This document shows positions 28,422 to 37,215 of a stretch of 64,000 bases of DNA, piece by piece. Source of the stretch: Candidatus Bathyarchaeia archaeon (lineage in GTDB: Archaea > Thermoproteota > Bathyarchaeia > Bathyarchaeales > Bathycorpusculaceae). Made by a program: the position numbers and the translations under genes. The stretch lies in NCBI GenBank assembly GCA_038727135.1, contig JAVYWL010000001.1, forward strand, positions 96,001 through 160,000, read 5' to 3'. The number at the start of each line of letters is the position of its first letter. The stretch's first letter is position 1. The notes beneath the pieces were generated by a model. The model did not search any database, was not told the origin of the DNA, and saw nothing but the letters and a program-made list of their open reading frames with translations.

Positions 28422-29525
28422 TTAGACCGTTATTACTCCAGCCTTTTTCCGCAAGTCTGTTATATAGTGTGCGTATCTTGGGTAGTATTGGTCTGCCTTT
28501 CGTTTAAGTTGCATGTAATGTTTAGCGCCTATGCTTTTTGGAACTCTTCCTTGGATGAAGTCTGCAACGCTTTCTGGGATGTTTAGCTTTTCGCTTGTCA
28601 TCATGTCGTTGGCAAATTTCCTCAGATACTTTGCCCTTGTATATTTGTGGAGTTGATGCCTTCTTTTCAGCCTAATTTCTGAAACCTTTTCATTTAACTT
28701 CTTTATCAACTGGTAGGTGTATTCTGTCATGTAGCAGTAATACGCTTGTTTTGAGCCTCTGAAAAACCCAACTGGGCAGCGGTAAAACCCTTCCAAATGT
28801 TCAGCCTCTGGAAAATTGTTCAGAAGCCTAACAACTTCCACAAGCCTCAAGCCAGAATCCAAAAGCAAGTTATACTCCGCCTGCAAAGGCAAAGGCTCAG
28901 AAACTATCCTCTTCAAGTCTGAAATTATCTGTTCCTCTTCTGGCACTTTAATGTCTATGCCAACTTCATCCTTGGGAATAGCTTTCCTTAAGCTGTCAAG
29001 AAACTCTTTAAACCGCCCATCAGGCTTGTTAATCTCTAAGCATTTAAACCAAGCCCGCATCGCCCTATTCAAATGATGTCTCTGCCCAGCGGTTAAAGGC
29101 GAAAACATTCGCATAACATCCAGAGGCTCTTTTAAAGGCTGCTTAACAAACCTATCTAAATAGCCAATCATATTCCTCGCATTAGCAGGCTCATAACGCT
29201 TAAACTCAACATACTGCAGAAACAGCTCCCTCGTTTCAGGCCAACTCAAAACAAATCCTTCACCCACTGCACCAGCAGCCAAAGAGCTTAAGGCTTCGCA
29301 AGGCTTTTCCACACGCCTCATCAACTCCCCAAGCCTATCTTCGCCTTCAAGGCTTGAAGCTAAAGAACCCAAAGCTTTACACTGCTCATCCACACGCTTT
29401 TTGAGCTCGCCTATTGTATCCTTGTGCATAGGACAGTCCTCCCAACATAGTTGGGACGGTCCCAGGACGGTCCCAAAAGCCAGTGGGCAAACCAGCCCGT
29501 TTCTGGCTTCTTTCTGCTGAAGCAA
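28422..29525 (-). CDS. SSV1-type tyrosine integrase, C-terminal part (intC)
   Basis: DSGLR, RGSK, KYLRKF (KxxR), QGR, KHY; reading frame stays open upstream through the tRNA-Glu 3' portion. Confidence 0.9.
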   Translation of the reverse strand: MLQQKEARNGLVCPLAFGTVLGPSQLCWEDCPMHKDTIGELKKRVDEQCKALGSLASSLEGEDRLGELMRRVEKPCEALSSLAAGAVGEGFVLSWPETRELFLQYVEFKRYEPANARNMIGYLDRFVKQPLKEPLDVMRMFSPLTAGQRHHLNRAMRAWFKCLEINKPDGRFKEFLDSLRKAIPKDEVGIDIKVPEEEQIISDLKRIVSEPLPLQAEYNLLLDSGLRLVEVVRLLNNFPEAEHLEGFYRCPVGFFRGSKQAYYCYMTEYTYQLIKKLNEKVSEIRLKRRHQLHKYTRAKYLRKFANDMMTSEKLNIPESVADFIQGRVPKSIGAKHYMQLKRKADQYYPRYAHYITDLRKKAGVITV

Positions 29526-29534
29526 GCAGATTTT

Positions 29535-29612
29535 TGGTGCTCCGGGCGGGATTCGAACCCGCGTCTCCGGCTCGAAAGGCCGGAATACTTGACCGGGCTA
29601 TACTACCGGAGC
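29535..29612 (-). tRNA. tRNA-Glu(TTC), integration target
   Basis: GCTCCGG...CCGGC-CT-TTC-GA-GCCGG...GGTTCGAATCC...CCGGAGC-ACCA. Confidence 0.97.
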
Positions 29613-29672
29613 GCTATGAGCCCTTATTTTGGGTCTGGCATCATGCAAATATTTTCGGGTTTCGTTTAAACC

Positions 29673-30857
29673 TTATTCTTTTAGGGCTGTTTTTAAGCAT
29701 TCTTTTAGCGGTGCTAGGATGGTTTCTGCCTTGTTTAGGGCTGGCGCATAATGAGCTGTTTTTGCAGAGTTTGTCATTATTGTTCTTATTCCGAGCTTTT
29801 CTGTCCATGTAACTACGGCGCATGTGTCTGTTAGGATTTTGGCGCCGCTTGCCTCGATTTTATTCATATAAGCTTTAGCCCTTTTTTTTATTAAGTGGGA
29901 TGTGCAAATCCAAAATTCAACGTCATTTCTAACTTTTCGGTTTCCGATGGCATCTGCAATTTCTTTAATTTCCTGGAGGGAGCAGTGGGGACACCCAACA
30001 AAGACCAGGTCTGGTTTTTGCGTTGAGGCTGTTGTTAACTCTGCCACTGTTTCTTTGATGTCCTTTGCTTCCACAGTTATTTTTTCAAGCCTTTCTTCTA
30101 CTTTGACGCCTTCTCTATAATGGAACATGTTTACCATTCCGGCGGAGGCAAGCGCGGCACCCAACTGTTTCAAGTCTTCAGGTGACGGGTTTTTTAAGCC
30201 TTTGATTAGTGGGATTTTGTCTTCCAAAATTTTTCCCAGAGATATTCCCAAGGCTCCGTAATCAACTCTGTTTTCTAAAGTAGCCTTAATTTCGACCATG
30301 ACCTTTGGCTTGCGGTTCTCAGCTCTATGTATTCCACAGTCTGGTGTTTTGCCAATGAGGGCTGCTGCCAGAGCGCTTGGACCTCCTTCACGGTTTGTCC
30401 AAACTCCCAAAACGGAGTTGGCGTAGACAACGGCTGAGGATTCAGCCCATGCCAAGTGGGAGCCTCTCCTCGGCTCTTTAATGTAGTAGGGTGTGCATGT
30501 GAAAGATTTTTGGAAGCCGAGCTTATCGAAAATTTCGCAGAGCTTCAGCTGCCTTTCAACAAGATTTTTCGGAAGTCTCTTTGCCAAGTGTTCGGAGTCT
30601 AAACTTTGAGGGTTAAGGGTGGCTTCAACAGCGACTTTTTCGCCAGCATCCGCTAATGCTTCTAGAAAGTCTGTGGGTGCCTTGCCGAGGGTTTTGTATG
30701 AAACTCCGGAAACGTGGGCAGAGTCGATCGGTATAAGCCTAGGCGCATTGAAAAGCTCTCCAAGTTTGACAAGTATTTTCATGCAAACTTGCTTTGCCCA
30801 GCCGAATTCGCCGTCGTAAATGCGCTCTTCCTCTTTTGTTAGATACGTGCCTTTCAT
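29673..30857 (-). CDS. Aconitase X catalytic subunit (phosphomevalonate dehydratase large subunit)
   Basis: AHVSGVSY, TCTPY, ESSAVVYANS, NREGGP, GCPH, DTC. Confidence 0.88.
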   Translation of the reverse strand: MKGTYLTKEEERIYDGEFGWAKQVCMKILVKLGELFNAPRLIPIDSAHVSGVSYKTLGKAPTDFLEALADAGEKVAVEATLNPQSLDSEHLAKRLPKNLVERQLKLCEIFDKLGFQKSFTCTPYYIKEPRRGSHLAWAESSAVVYANSVLGVWTNREGGPSALAAALIGKTPDCGIHRAENRKPKVMVEIKATLENRVDYGALGISLGKILEDKIPLIKGLKNPSPEDLKQLGAALASAGMVNMFHYREGVKVEERLEKITVEAKDIKETVAELTTASTQKPDLVFVGCPHCSLQEIKEIADAIGNRKVRNDVEFWICTSHLIKKRAKAYMNKIEASGAKILTDTCAVVTWTEKLGIRTIMTNSAKTAHYAPALNKAETILAPLKECLKTALKE

Positions 30858-31270
30858 CCCTCCACCGACTTCAGGATTTTAACAGTTCCTTTATGGGCAT
30901 CCACCTCAATCAAGTCGCCATTCTTAATCTTGCTTATGTCCACACTGTCCACCATTGGAATATTAGCTATAACCGCGCCAACAACAATAACGGGGTCAGC
31001 CTTGTAGTTTATTATGGCCTTTGGCGCCAAGCCCTTTTTGGCCAAAGAGTATAGGACGTAGCTGCCGACTGTTGAGCCGTGTCCATGGGGAAAACATAAA
31101 ACCTTATCTTTTATAGACTCGCCGAACAAGTCGTGCCTTTTCTCAATAATTTTTCCAGTTTCCGGATCGACATCTCCAAGGAAACTTATGGGTTTGGCGG
31201 AGACGAGCGCCTTTGCTTTACAGTATCCCTCAACGATTCCGCGCCCGCGCAGAACTATACACCTTGCCAT
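30854..31270 (-). CDS. Aconitase X swivel subunit (DUF126; phosphomevalonate dehydratase small subunit)
   Basis: ISFLGDVDPETG, GHGSTVGS. Confidence 0.9.
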   Translation of the reverse strand: MARCIVLRGRGIVEGYCKAKALVSAKPISFLGDVDPETGKIIEKRHDLFGESIKDKVLCFPHGHGSTVGSYVLYSLAKKGLAPKAIINYKADPVIVVGAVIANIPMVDSVDISKIKNGDLIEVDAHKGTVKILKSVEG

Positions 31271-31281
31271 TTTAGGCGCCT

Positions 31282-32562
31282 TCAGTAGGATATTTTGGCT
31301 GATGATGGGATTTCGCCGAGGATTTTTGAGGCGGCTTCCGCCACCTTTCCACGATTTTTCTCGTCTGTGTAAACCCTTAAAATGTTTATGAAACCCTTTA
31401 GAACCTCAAATATTCCGGAAATCTCGCTAAGTCTCTTAACCTCCTTCCTTCCATCACGGGTTTTGCTGAAAACTGGGATTTCCATAGGCTCCATGAACAT
31501 AGAATGATGATACGGGACAGAAGGCACTGTTGGCACGTCAATTATTATGGCTTCTGGGTCAACTTTGGCGTCCTTTGCTATTCTGTTCCTTATCTGGTTG
31601 CGGAATTCTTCGGCGCCAAAAATGTTTGAAACTGTTTTGTCCTTAACGTAGAAAGTCTGCTCATAGGCACATTTCAGCATTCTCCGCCTCTCAAGATTCC
31701 TTATTATTGGACTGGATTTCTTGCAGTTTTTAAGCATAGTCCAAACCGTGTAGTCGTCCATTGCCAAATACTCCTCTGGAGTCTTAAAGGCGGACAAGCC
31801 TAGCTCTTCATCTGCCTTCTCAAGGGCTGTTGCCAGCATTATCTGGGCGGCTCTCCCAACGCGGTGGAAATATATGCTTTTGAAGGATTCTATCCTGGCT
31901 ATTATAAAGGATTCAAGGGTTGAAAGCGCCCCAACATCAACGGCTAGGTTTCCATCCAAAACATCGAAAGTGTGAATTAGACGAAAAACGTCTACGAAGC
32001 CATACTCCGCACCTGTGTGGTAGGTGTCTCTAACAACAAAATCTAACTTGTCAACATCAATAGAACTTCTTATTATCTGGTTTAGGAAGGCTTTACCGCG
32101 GATGGACAAGGAACCAACAGCGAGTTCAGCTATGTCTTCGGCTTTATACCCAAAATTGGCGAGAACATCTTTCAGCTCACTATTTTTGATTATCCACGCG
32201 GTTATGTCCTCATGGGTTTTGTTAAGCTTTTTTGTCAACAAATGCTCAAAAACGTGGGAGAAAGGACCGTGTCCAACATCGTGGAGCAATCCGGCAATCC
32301 GCACAGCCTCAGCTTCTTCTTCGCCTACCAGCTGGGAAACGTTTGGGTTTTCAGCCACCTTACCAGCCAAGTACATAACGCCTATGGAATGTTCAAAGCG
32401 TGTGTGATTAGCCCCGGGATAAACGTATTCAGCGCCAGCCAACTGCCTCAGCCTACGGAGCCTCTGCACCGGATAAGAGTCTATTATTTCCTTCTCTTCC
32501 TCTGTTATGTATACGTATCCATGCACAGGGTCTTTTATTTCACCCCAATAGCTTTTCGGCAT
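31282..32562 (-). CDS. HD-domain phosphohydrolase (dNTP triphosphohydrolase/SAMHD1-like)
   Basis: DPVHG, HTRFEHS, LHDVGHGPFSH, DVDKLD. Confidence 0.9.
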   Translation of the reverse strand: MPKSYWGEIKDPVHGYVYITEEEKEIIDSYPVQRLRRLRQLAGAEYVYPGANHTRFEHSIGVMYLAGKVAENPNVSQLVGEEEAEAVRIAGLLHDVGHGPFSHVFEHLLTKKLNKTHEDITAWIIKNSELKDVLANFGYKAEDIAELAVGSLSIRGKAFLNQIIRSSIDVDKLDFVVRDTYHTGAEYGFVDVFRLIHTFDVLDGNLAVDVGALSTLESFIIARIESFKSIYFHRVGRAAQIMLATALEKADEELGLSAFKTPEEYLAMDDYTVWTMLKNCKKSSPIIRNLERRRMLKCAYEQTFYVKDKTVSNIFGAEEFRNQIRNRIAKDAKVDPEAIIIDVPTVPSVPYHHSMFMEPMEIPVFSKTRDGRKEVKRLSEISGIFEVLKGFINILRVYTDEKNRGKVAEAASKILGEIPSSAKISY

Positions 32563-32646
32563 TGCAAATTCTCCAGCAATTGCAGCTTAACAATTATTAA
32601 TGCATGCTCCTCTTATAATGTCTAATGCCGGCTGGAGGATAAAACA

Positions 32647-33246
32647 TTGGAAAAACGGGGGTTCTTCATATGTGTCGAAGGCTTGGACGGTTGCGGAAAA
32701 ACGACCCAAGCCAAAATTCTAGTGAGGAAACTGCGGAAGATTGGCTACGATGCAGTTTACACAGCTGAACCAAGCCGTGGAAAAATTGGAAAATTTATAA
32801 AGAGGTACTGCCTCCATGGCAGCAAACGTATCTCCAGCATAGTTGAAGCCTTACTCTTTGCTGCTGACCGATACGAACATGTGGAAACCGAAATAATCCC
32901 AGCCTTAAAAGAGGGAAAAGTAGTGGTTTCCGACCGCTACCTTTACTCCTCTCTGGCTTATCAGGGAGCAGCTGGGCTAAACCTGGACTGGATTAGAAGA
33001 ATAAACGAGCATGCAATACCTCCAAATTTGGCGATTTTCATAGACGTGGAGCCAAACACTGTCATCAAAAGGCTGAAACCTAAAAAATCCGTCATGGAAA
33101 ATCTTGAAACCCAGCGTAAGGTTCGAGAAGTCTATCTGAAATTTGTTGAAAATGGTGAACTCGTCAGAGTGAATGGAAACAAATCGAAAAGGGAAGTTGC
33201 CAAAGAAATTTTGTCCACAGTTTTAGATCATTTGAAAGGCATCTAG
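32647..33246 (+). CDS. tmk: Thymidylate kinase
   Basis: EGLDGCGKTT, DRY..SSLAYQ. Confidence 0.95.
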   Translation: MEKRGFFICVEGLDGCGKTTQAKILVRKLRKIGYDAVYTAEPSRGKIGKFIKRYCLHGSKRISSIVEALLFAADRYEHVETEIIPALKEGKVVVSDRYLYSSLAYQGAAGLNLDWIRRINEHAIPPNLAIFIDVEPNTVIKRLKPKKSVMENLETQRKVREVYLKFVENGELVRVNGNKSKREVAKEILSTVLDHLKGI

Positions 33247-33743
33247 ATAGTCTTCAAAACTTTTCGTGAATAAAATTTGTTAACCCTCTCAATGATTAGG
33301 TTGGCGAGGTCTTCTGGTGGCACGTGTCTCGGTCCCCTTTCATGAAAAATAAGCGCTTCCAAAGAGCCCATGTTGAATATTAGGCGGAGCATGTAATAGT
33401 CAAATTTCAGCGGAGACCTCTTCCCATCATGCTCTTTATAATATCGTATGGCGCAGAAAAAGTCCATTATCCGAAGAGAAGAACGACTGATTTCTCCCAA
33501 AACTATCCGTGCTTCCTCCGAGTCCAAATAGTTGAATGCGTCACCATCGGCTATTCCAAACTCGAAGGCAACAATGCAATCAGAGGTAGAAGGACTTGTG
33601 ACATCTTGCAGGCGCAGGTTTTCGTTGTTAAGTTTCTCTAGGCACTGGACCAAAACCCTTTGAAGTGTTTTATTGGAAATAGCGGTTGTGAAGCGCATAA
33701 CCTTCTGCACGTTCACTGGAAAATTTTCGTAAAAGCCTAGCAT
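33243..33743 (-). CDS. Conserved hypothetical protein
   Basis: 166-aa ORF with GAGGTGG upstream. Confidence 0.65.
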   Translation of the reverse strand: MLGFYENFPVNVQKVMRFTTAISNKTLQRVLVQCLEKLNNENLRLQDVTSPSTSDCIVAFEFGIADGDAFNYLDSEEARIVLGEISRSSLRIMDFFCAIRYYKEHDGKRSPLKFDYYMLRLIFNMGSLEALIFHERGPRHVPPEDLANLIIERVNKFYSRKVLKTI

Positions 33744-33764
33744 GCTTCCACCTCGCCTTAAGGG

Positions 33765-34151
33765 CTAGATTCTTTTGGCTTTCCTCACTTTTTCTAAATT
33801 TTCCAGCAGTCCAGAAAGCGCTGAACCGAGTTTCTGAAGCTCTTCAACATTCGTTTCATGCAGCATCTTTTCTTGAATCTCCTGTATTTTCGCCAGTAAA
33901 GTGGCCTCAAGGGTTTCAAGACTTAAGGCGCTTGTCACCTTTGCAAGCTCCGCCTCTTCTTTAACAACGATCACTTTTTTCTCGCACCGTGCACACCATA
34001 GCTCTCCGCTTTTAAGCCTAAACAATGGAGAAGCGCAAACGGGACAAGCTAACTCCGTTAAGGTTTGACCTTGACGTAGCAAGTCAGCCATACGCTTAAT
34101 ATACTGTTCTTCAGCTGTTTTTGCATCTGCTTCTTTTGTGTTTCGCGACAT
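33765..34151 (-). CDS. UPF0148/autoantigen p27-like Zn-ribbon protein
   Basis: MADLLRQG..LTELACPVCASPLF....GELWCARC. Confidence 0.85.
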   Translation of the reverse strand: MSRNTKEADAKTAEEQYIKRMADLLRQGQTLTELACPVCASPLFRLKSGELWCARCEKKVIVVKEEAELAKVTSALSLETLEATLLAKIQEIQEKMLHETNVEELQKLGSALSGLLENLEKVRKAKRI

Positions 34152-34213
34152 CCCTCAAGCCTCGAAAATAGATAGGTATAAAAGCCTATATAACTTGATT
34201 ATCTGAAATTGGT

Positions 34214-34504
34214 GTGGTGACAGCCATGGTTAGGAAGAAGAAGCTTGAGGAGTATGAGGAGCGGATAAAGCAGGCTATGGCTGTGCTTGCTGAAGTTTCA
34301 GAAGACACGACAACTCCCCGTAACATTAGGAGGGCGGCTAAGGACTCGATGGACGCCTTGCAGACAACGGAGTTCACACCAGCTGTTAGAGCTTCAAACG
34401 CCATATCCATACTGGACGAGATTTTACAAGATCCAAACATGCCGCCCTACACGCGTGTTAAGCTTTGGAATGTTATGAGTATACTTGAAGCCATAAAAGA
34501 TTAG
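34214..34504 (+). CDS. UPF0147 family protein
   Basis: DTTTPRNIRRAA...RASNAISILDEI.QDPNMP. Confidence 0.9.
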   Translation: MVTAMVRKKKLEEYEERIKQAMAVLAEVSEDTTTPRNIRRAAKDSMDALQTTEFTPAVRASNAISILDEILQDPNMPPYTRVKLWNVMSILEAIKD

Positions 34505-34544
34505 GAAACCAAACGCCAAAATTGCATTGGGGGTAGCGTTTTCA

Positions 34545-34895
34545 ATGAAAGTTTTCCATTATAGTGAGGTTAAACCAGAAGAAGCCATAGAAGAAGGAGC
34601 CTCAAAGTTAAAGGTTAGATGGCTGATTACACGGGAAATTGGTGCTCCGAATTTTGCAATGAGGCTTTTTGAAATGGAGCCTGGAGGACACAGTCCATTG
34701 CATACTCATCCATGGGAGCATGAAGTCTTCATTTTAGAGGGTGAAGGTGTTGTCGTCGGCGCCGATGGAGAAAGAAGGTTTAAGCCCGGCGACGTGGTTT
34801 TTGTTCCACCCAATGAGAAGCACCAGTTTAGAAACGACGGAAGCAAGACTGTGAAGTTTCTTTGTCTTGTTCCTCACCACGACAAATCTAAATAA
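34545..34895 (+). CDS. Cupin-domain protein
   Basis: PGGHSPLHTHPWEHE...GDVVFVPPNEKH. Confidence 0.9.
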   Translation: MKVFHYSEVKPEEAIEEGASKLKVRWLITREIGAPNFAMRLFEMEPGGHSPLHTHPWEHEVFILEGEGVVVGADGERRFKPGDVVFVPPNEKHQFRNDGSKTVKFLCLVPHHDKSK

Positions 34896-34993
34896 GGCTT
34901 GACTTAGTCTAGCCATAGTTGCTGTTTTGGAATTCGCTAAAAATATATGCCTGTTGTTACATCTAGTTTTGGGCTTCAAAGAGGTATAAGGCT

Positions 34994-36394
34994 TTGAGAT
35001 ACGATGTGATAATTGTCGGCGCCGGTCCGGCTGGGATATTTTCAGCCCTTGAAATAGTTGGAAAAGCCGACCTCAACATATTGATGCTTGATAAGGGTCC
35101 AGACCTAGAGCGGAGGAAATGTCCAGCCAGCAGAGGCTTTGGATGCGTAAACTGTGAGCCATGCGGGCTTCTATGTGGTTGGGGCGGGGCTGGAGCCTTC
35201 AGCGATGGCAAACTAACCATATCAACAGAGGTTGGCGGCTGGTTAAACCAATATGTTTCAGAAAGGGAGTTGAGCGAACTGATAGATTATGTAGACAGCG
35301 TTTACATTAAATTTGGCGCTCCAAACCGTGTTTATGGCGAAGACGTAGAAAAAGTTGAGGAAATCGAGAGAAAGGCGTCATTAGCTGGACTGAAACTTAT
35401 CCACCAGAAGATTAGGCACATGGGAACAGAACGATGCGCCCAAACACTGCGAAAGATGCGCCAAGAACTCAACGGAAAAGTCGACATCAGAATGGGGAAG
35501 GACGTTAAAGGGCTCATAGTGAAAAACGGCGCCATAGAAGGGGTCGAAACAGTTGATGGCGAAAAGTTCTTCGGCAAATATGTTATTGTAGCGCCAGGAA
35601 GGGGCGGTGCAGAATGGCTTCAAACAGAAGCCCAAGCATTAGGTTTAAAAACACTTAACAACCCCGTGGACGTCGGCGTCAGAGTAGAAGTTTTAGCCGC
35701 GGTAATGGAGGAGCTAACAAACATTCTCTATGAACCAAAATTTGTTTACTATTCAAAGTTTTTCGACGATCAGGTTAGGACTTTCTGCGTAGCGCCATAC
35801 GGCGAGGTCATATCTGAATCCTACAATGGAGTCTTAACGGTTAACGGTCAAAGCTATGCAGAGCGGAAGACGGAAAACACAAATTTCGCTATTCTCGTCA
35901 GCACCTCATTTACAGAACCGTTTAAAGAGCCAATAGCCTATGGAAAATATCTGGCAAGGCTTTCGAACCTCCTAAGCGGAGGCATCCTAATACAGCGTTT
36001 AGGCGACTTGGAAGCTGGAAGACGCTCAACGCCAGAGAGGATCGCAAGAAGTGTTGTAACGCCAACCTTGAAGAACGCCACACCCGGCGACTTGAGCTTT
36101 GTTTTACCATACCGCTATCTTGCAGATATAAGGGAGATGCTGGAAGCCCTCGACAAGATAGCCCCTGGAATACACTCGCGAGACACACTATTATATGGTG
36201 TCGAAGTGAAATTCTACTCTTCAAGACTGGAACTGAGCAACGCCCTTGAAACAAAAATACGAAACCTATTCACAATAGGCGACGGTGCAGGAGTAACAAG
36301 AGGACTAATACAGGCGTCGGCATCCGGCGTCATAGTAGCAAGAGAGATCTTGAAGCGTGAAAAACAGAAGGTTAAAGGAAATGTCAATCGTTAA
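34994..36394 (+). CDS. FAD-dependent oxidoreductase (COG2509-like)
   Basis: GAGPAG, Cys cluster, GWGGAGAFSDGKL, IGDGAGVTRG. Confidence 0.85.
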   Translation: MRYDVIIVGAGPAGIFSALEIVGKADLNILMLDKGPDLERRKCPASRGFGCVNCEPCGLLCGWGGAGAFSDGKLTISTEVGGWLNQYVSERELSELIDYVDSVYIKFGAPNRVYGEDVEKVEEIERKASLAGLKLIHQKIRHMGTERCAQTLRKMRQELNGKVDIRMGKDVKGLIVKNGAIEGVETVDGEKFFGKYVIVAPGRGGAEWLQTEAQALGLKTLNNPVDVGVRVEVLAAVMEELTNILYEPKFVYYSKFFDDQVRTFCVAPYGEVISESYNGVLTVNGQSYAERKTENTNFAILVSTSFTEPFKEPIAYGKYLARLSNLLSGGILIQRLGDLEAGRRSTPERIARSVVTPTLKNATPGDLSFVLPYRYLADIREMLEALDKIAPGIHSRDTLLYGVEVKFYSSRLELSNALETKIRNLFTIGDGAGVTRGLIQASASGVIVAREILKREKQKVKGNVNR

Positions 36395-37133
36395 GGAGTT
36401 AAGTTGCTCCTACTGTGGCGCACCTATCTCTTTTGAGCCGGGCGAAATTATAGCAACATGCAGATACTGCGGCTACACGGTGATAATTGAAACCGGAAAA
36501 GCCTTCACCTTTGAGCATTCAATGCTGCTGAACAAGTATAATTTGGTGCAAGTAGAAGAGCCTATCAGAGGTTGGATGAGTTCTGGATTTCTCAAACCGG
36601 CAGATCTAGCTAAGAGGTCAAAAATAATTGAGAAGACGCTGATATACCTCCCCTTCTGGATCATATCGGTTGAAGCGGAAAGCACCTACAAAGGCATTTT
36701 TGAAAGGATAACCCCACCCCTTATGAAGGAGGGGAAGATCGTGAAAAAGTATGACTGGCTTGTTCTTGCAAGGAAAGCCACACAATTTCCAACGAGAGAA
36801 TACGACGTTCCATTAGAGGGTAAGATTCCATACGACTTTAGGAAAATTGAGGATTTCGCAAAAATATTAAACAGCGAAATCGACAGAGATGAGGCTGTTG
36901 AAATCGCTAAACAGCAGATTGTGGAACACCACCAATACCTCGCACAGCAAGATGTCGACAGAATCATTGAAATGAAAAACGAGATAAAAATTGGTCAAAC
37001 GGTTTACCTTCACGCGCCGATATGGTTCATAAAATACGAGTATAGGGGCGAAATCTACAATTTGTGGCTGGATGGAGCAACGGGGACCGTCATAAAAGGG
37101 GACATACCAATAGCCAAATTTGGGATATTATAG
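36381..37133 (+). CDS. Zn-ribbon-containing hypothetical protein
   Basis: CSYCGAP...CRYCG, YLPFW, DGATG. Confidence 0.7.
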   Translation: MSIVKELSCSYCGAPISFEPGEIIATCRYCGYTVIIETGKAFTFEHSMLLNKYNLVQVEEPIRGWMSSGFLKPADLAKRSKIIEKTLIYLPFWIISVEAESTYKGIFERITPPLMKEGKIVKKYDWLVLARKATQFPTREYDVPLEGKIPYDFRKIEDFAKILNSEIDRDEAVEIAKQQIVEHHQYLAQQDVDRIIEMKNEIKIGQTVYLHAPIWFIKYEYRGEIYNLWLDGATGTVIKGDIPIAKFGIL

Positions 37134-37215
37134 GCTTTGCTAAACCTTATTCTAATTCTAAACATTTTTTATCCACATACCACAAAAAGAATATTCGGTA
37201 AGGGTTGAAAGCCCA

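Larger units (their letters stand above)
13480..29612. mobile_element. Defective provirus integrated at tRNA-Glu (left boundary approximate)
   Basis: SSV1-type integrase abutting the tRNA 3' end, prohead protease, cement-like fragment, SF2 helicase, several RHH/wHTH genes, AT-rich cargo; host mevalonate genes on both sides. Confidence 0.85.

Noticed and set aside
29451-29823. Short ORFs over tRNA-Glu and the AcnX 3' end
   Set aside because: Shadows of the tRNA and real genes
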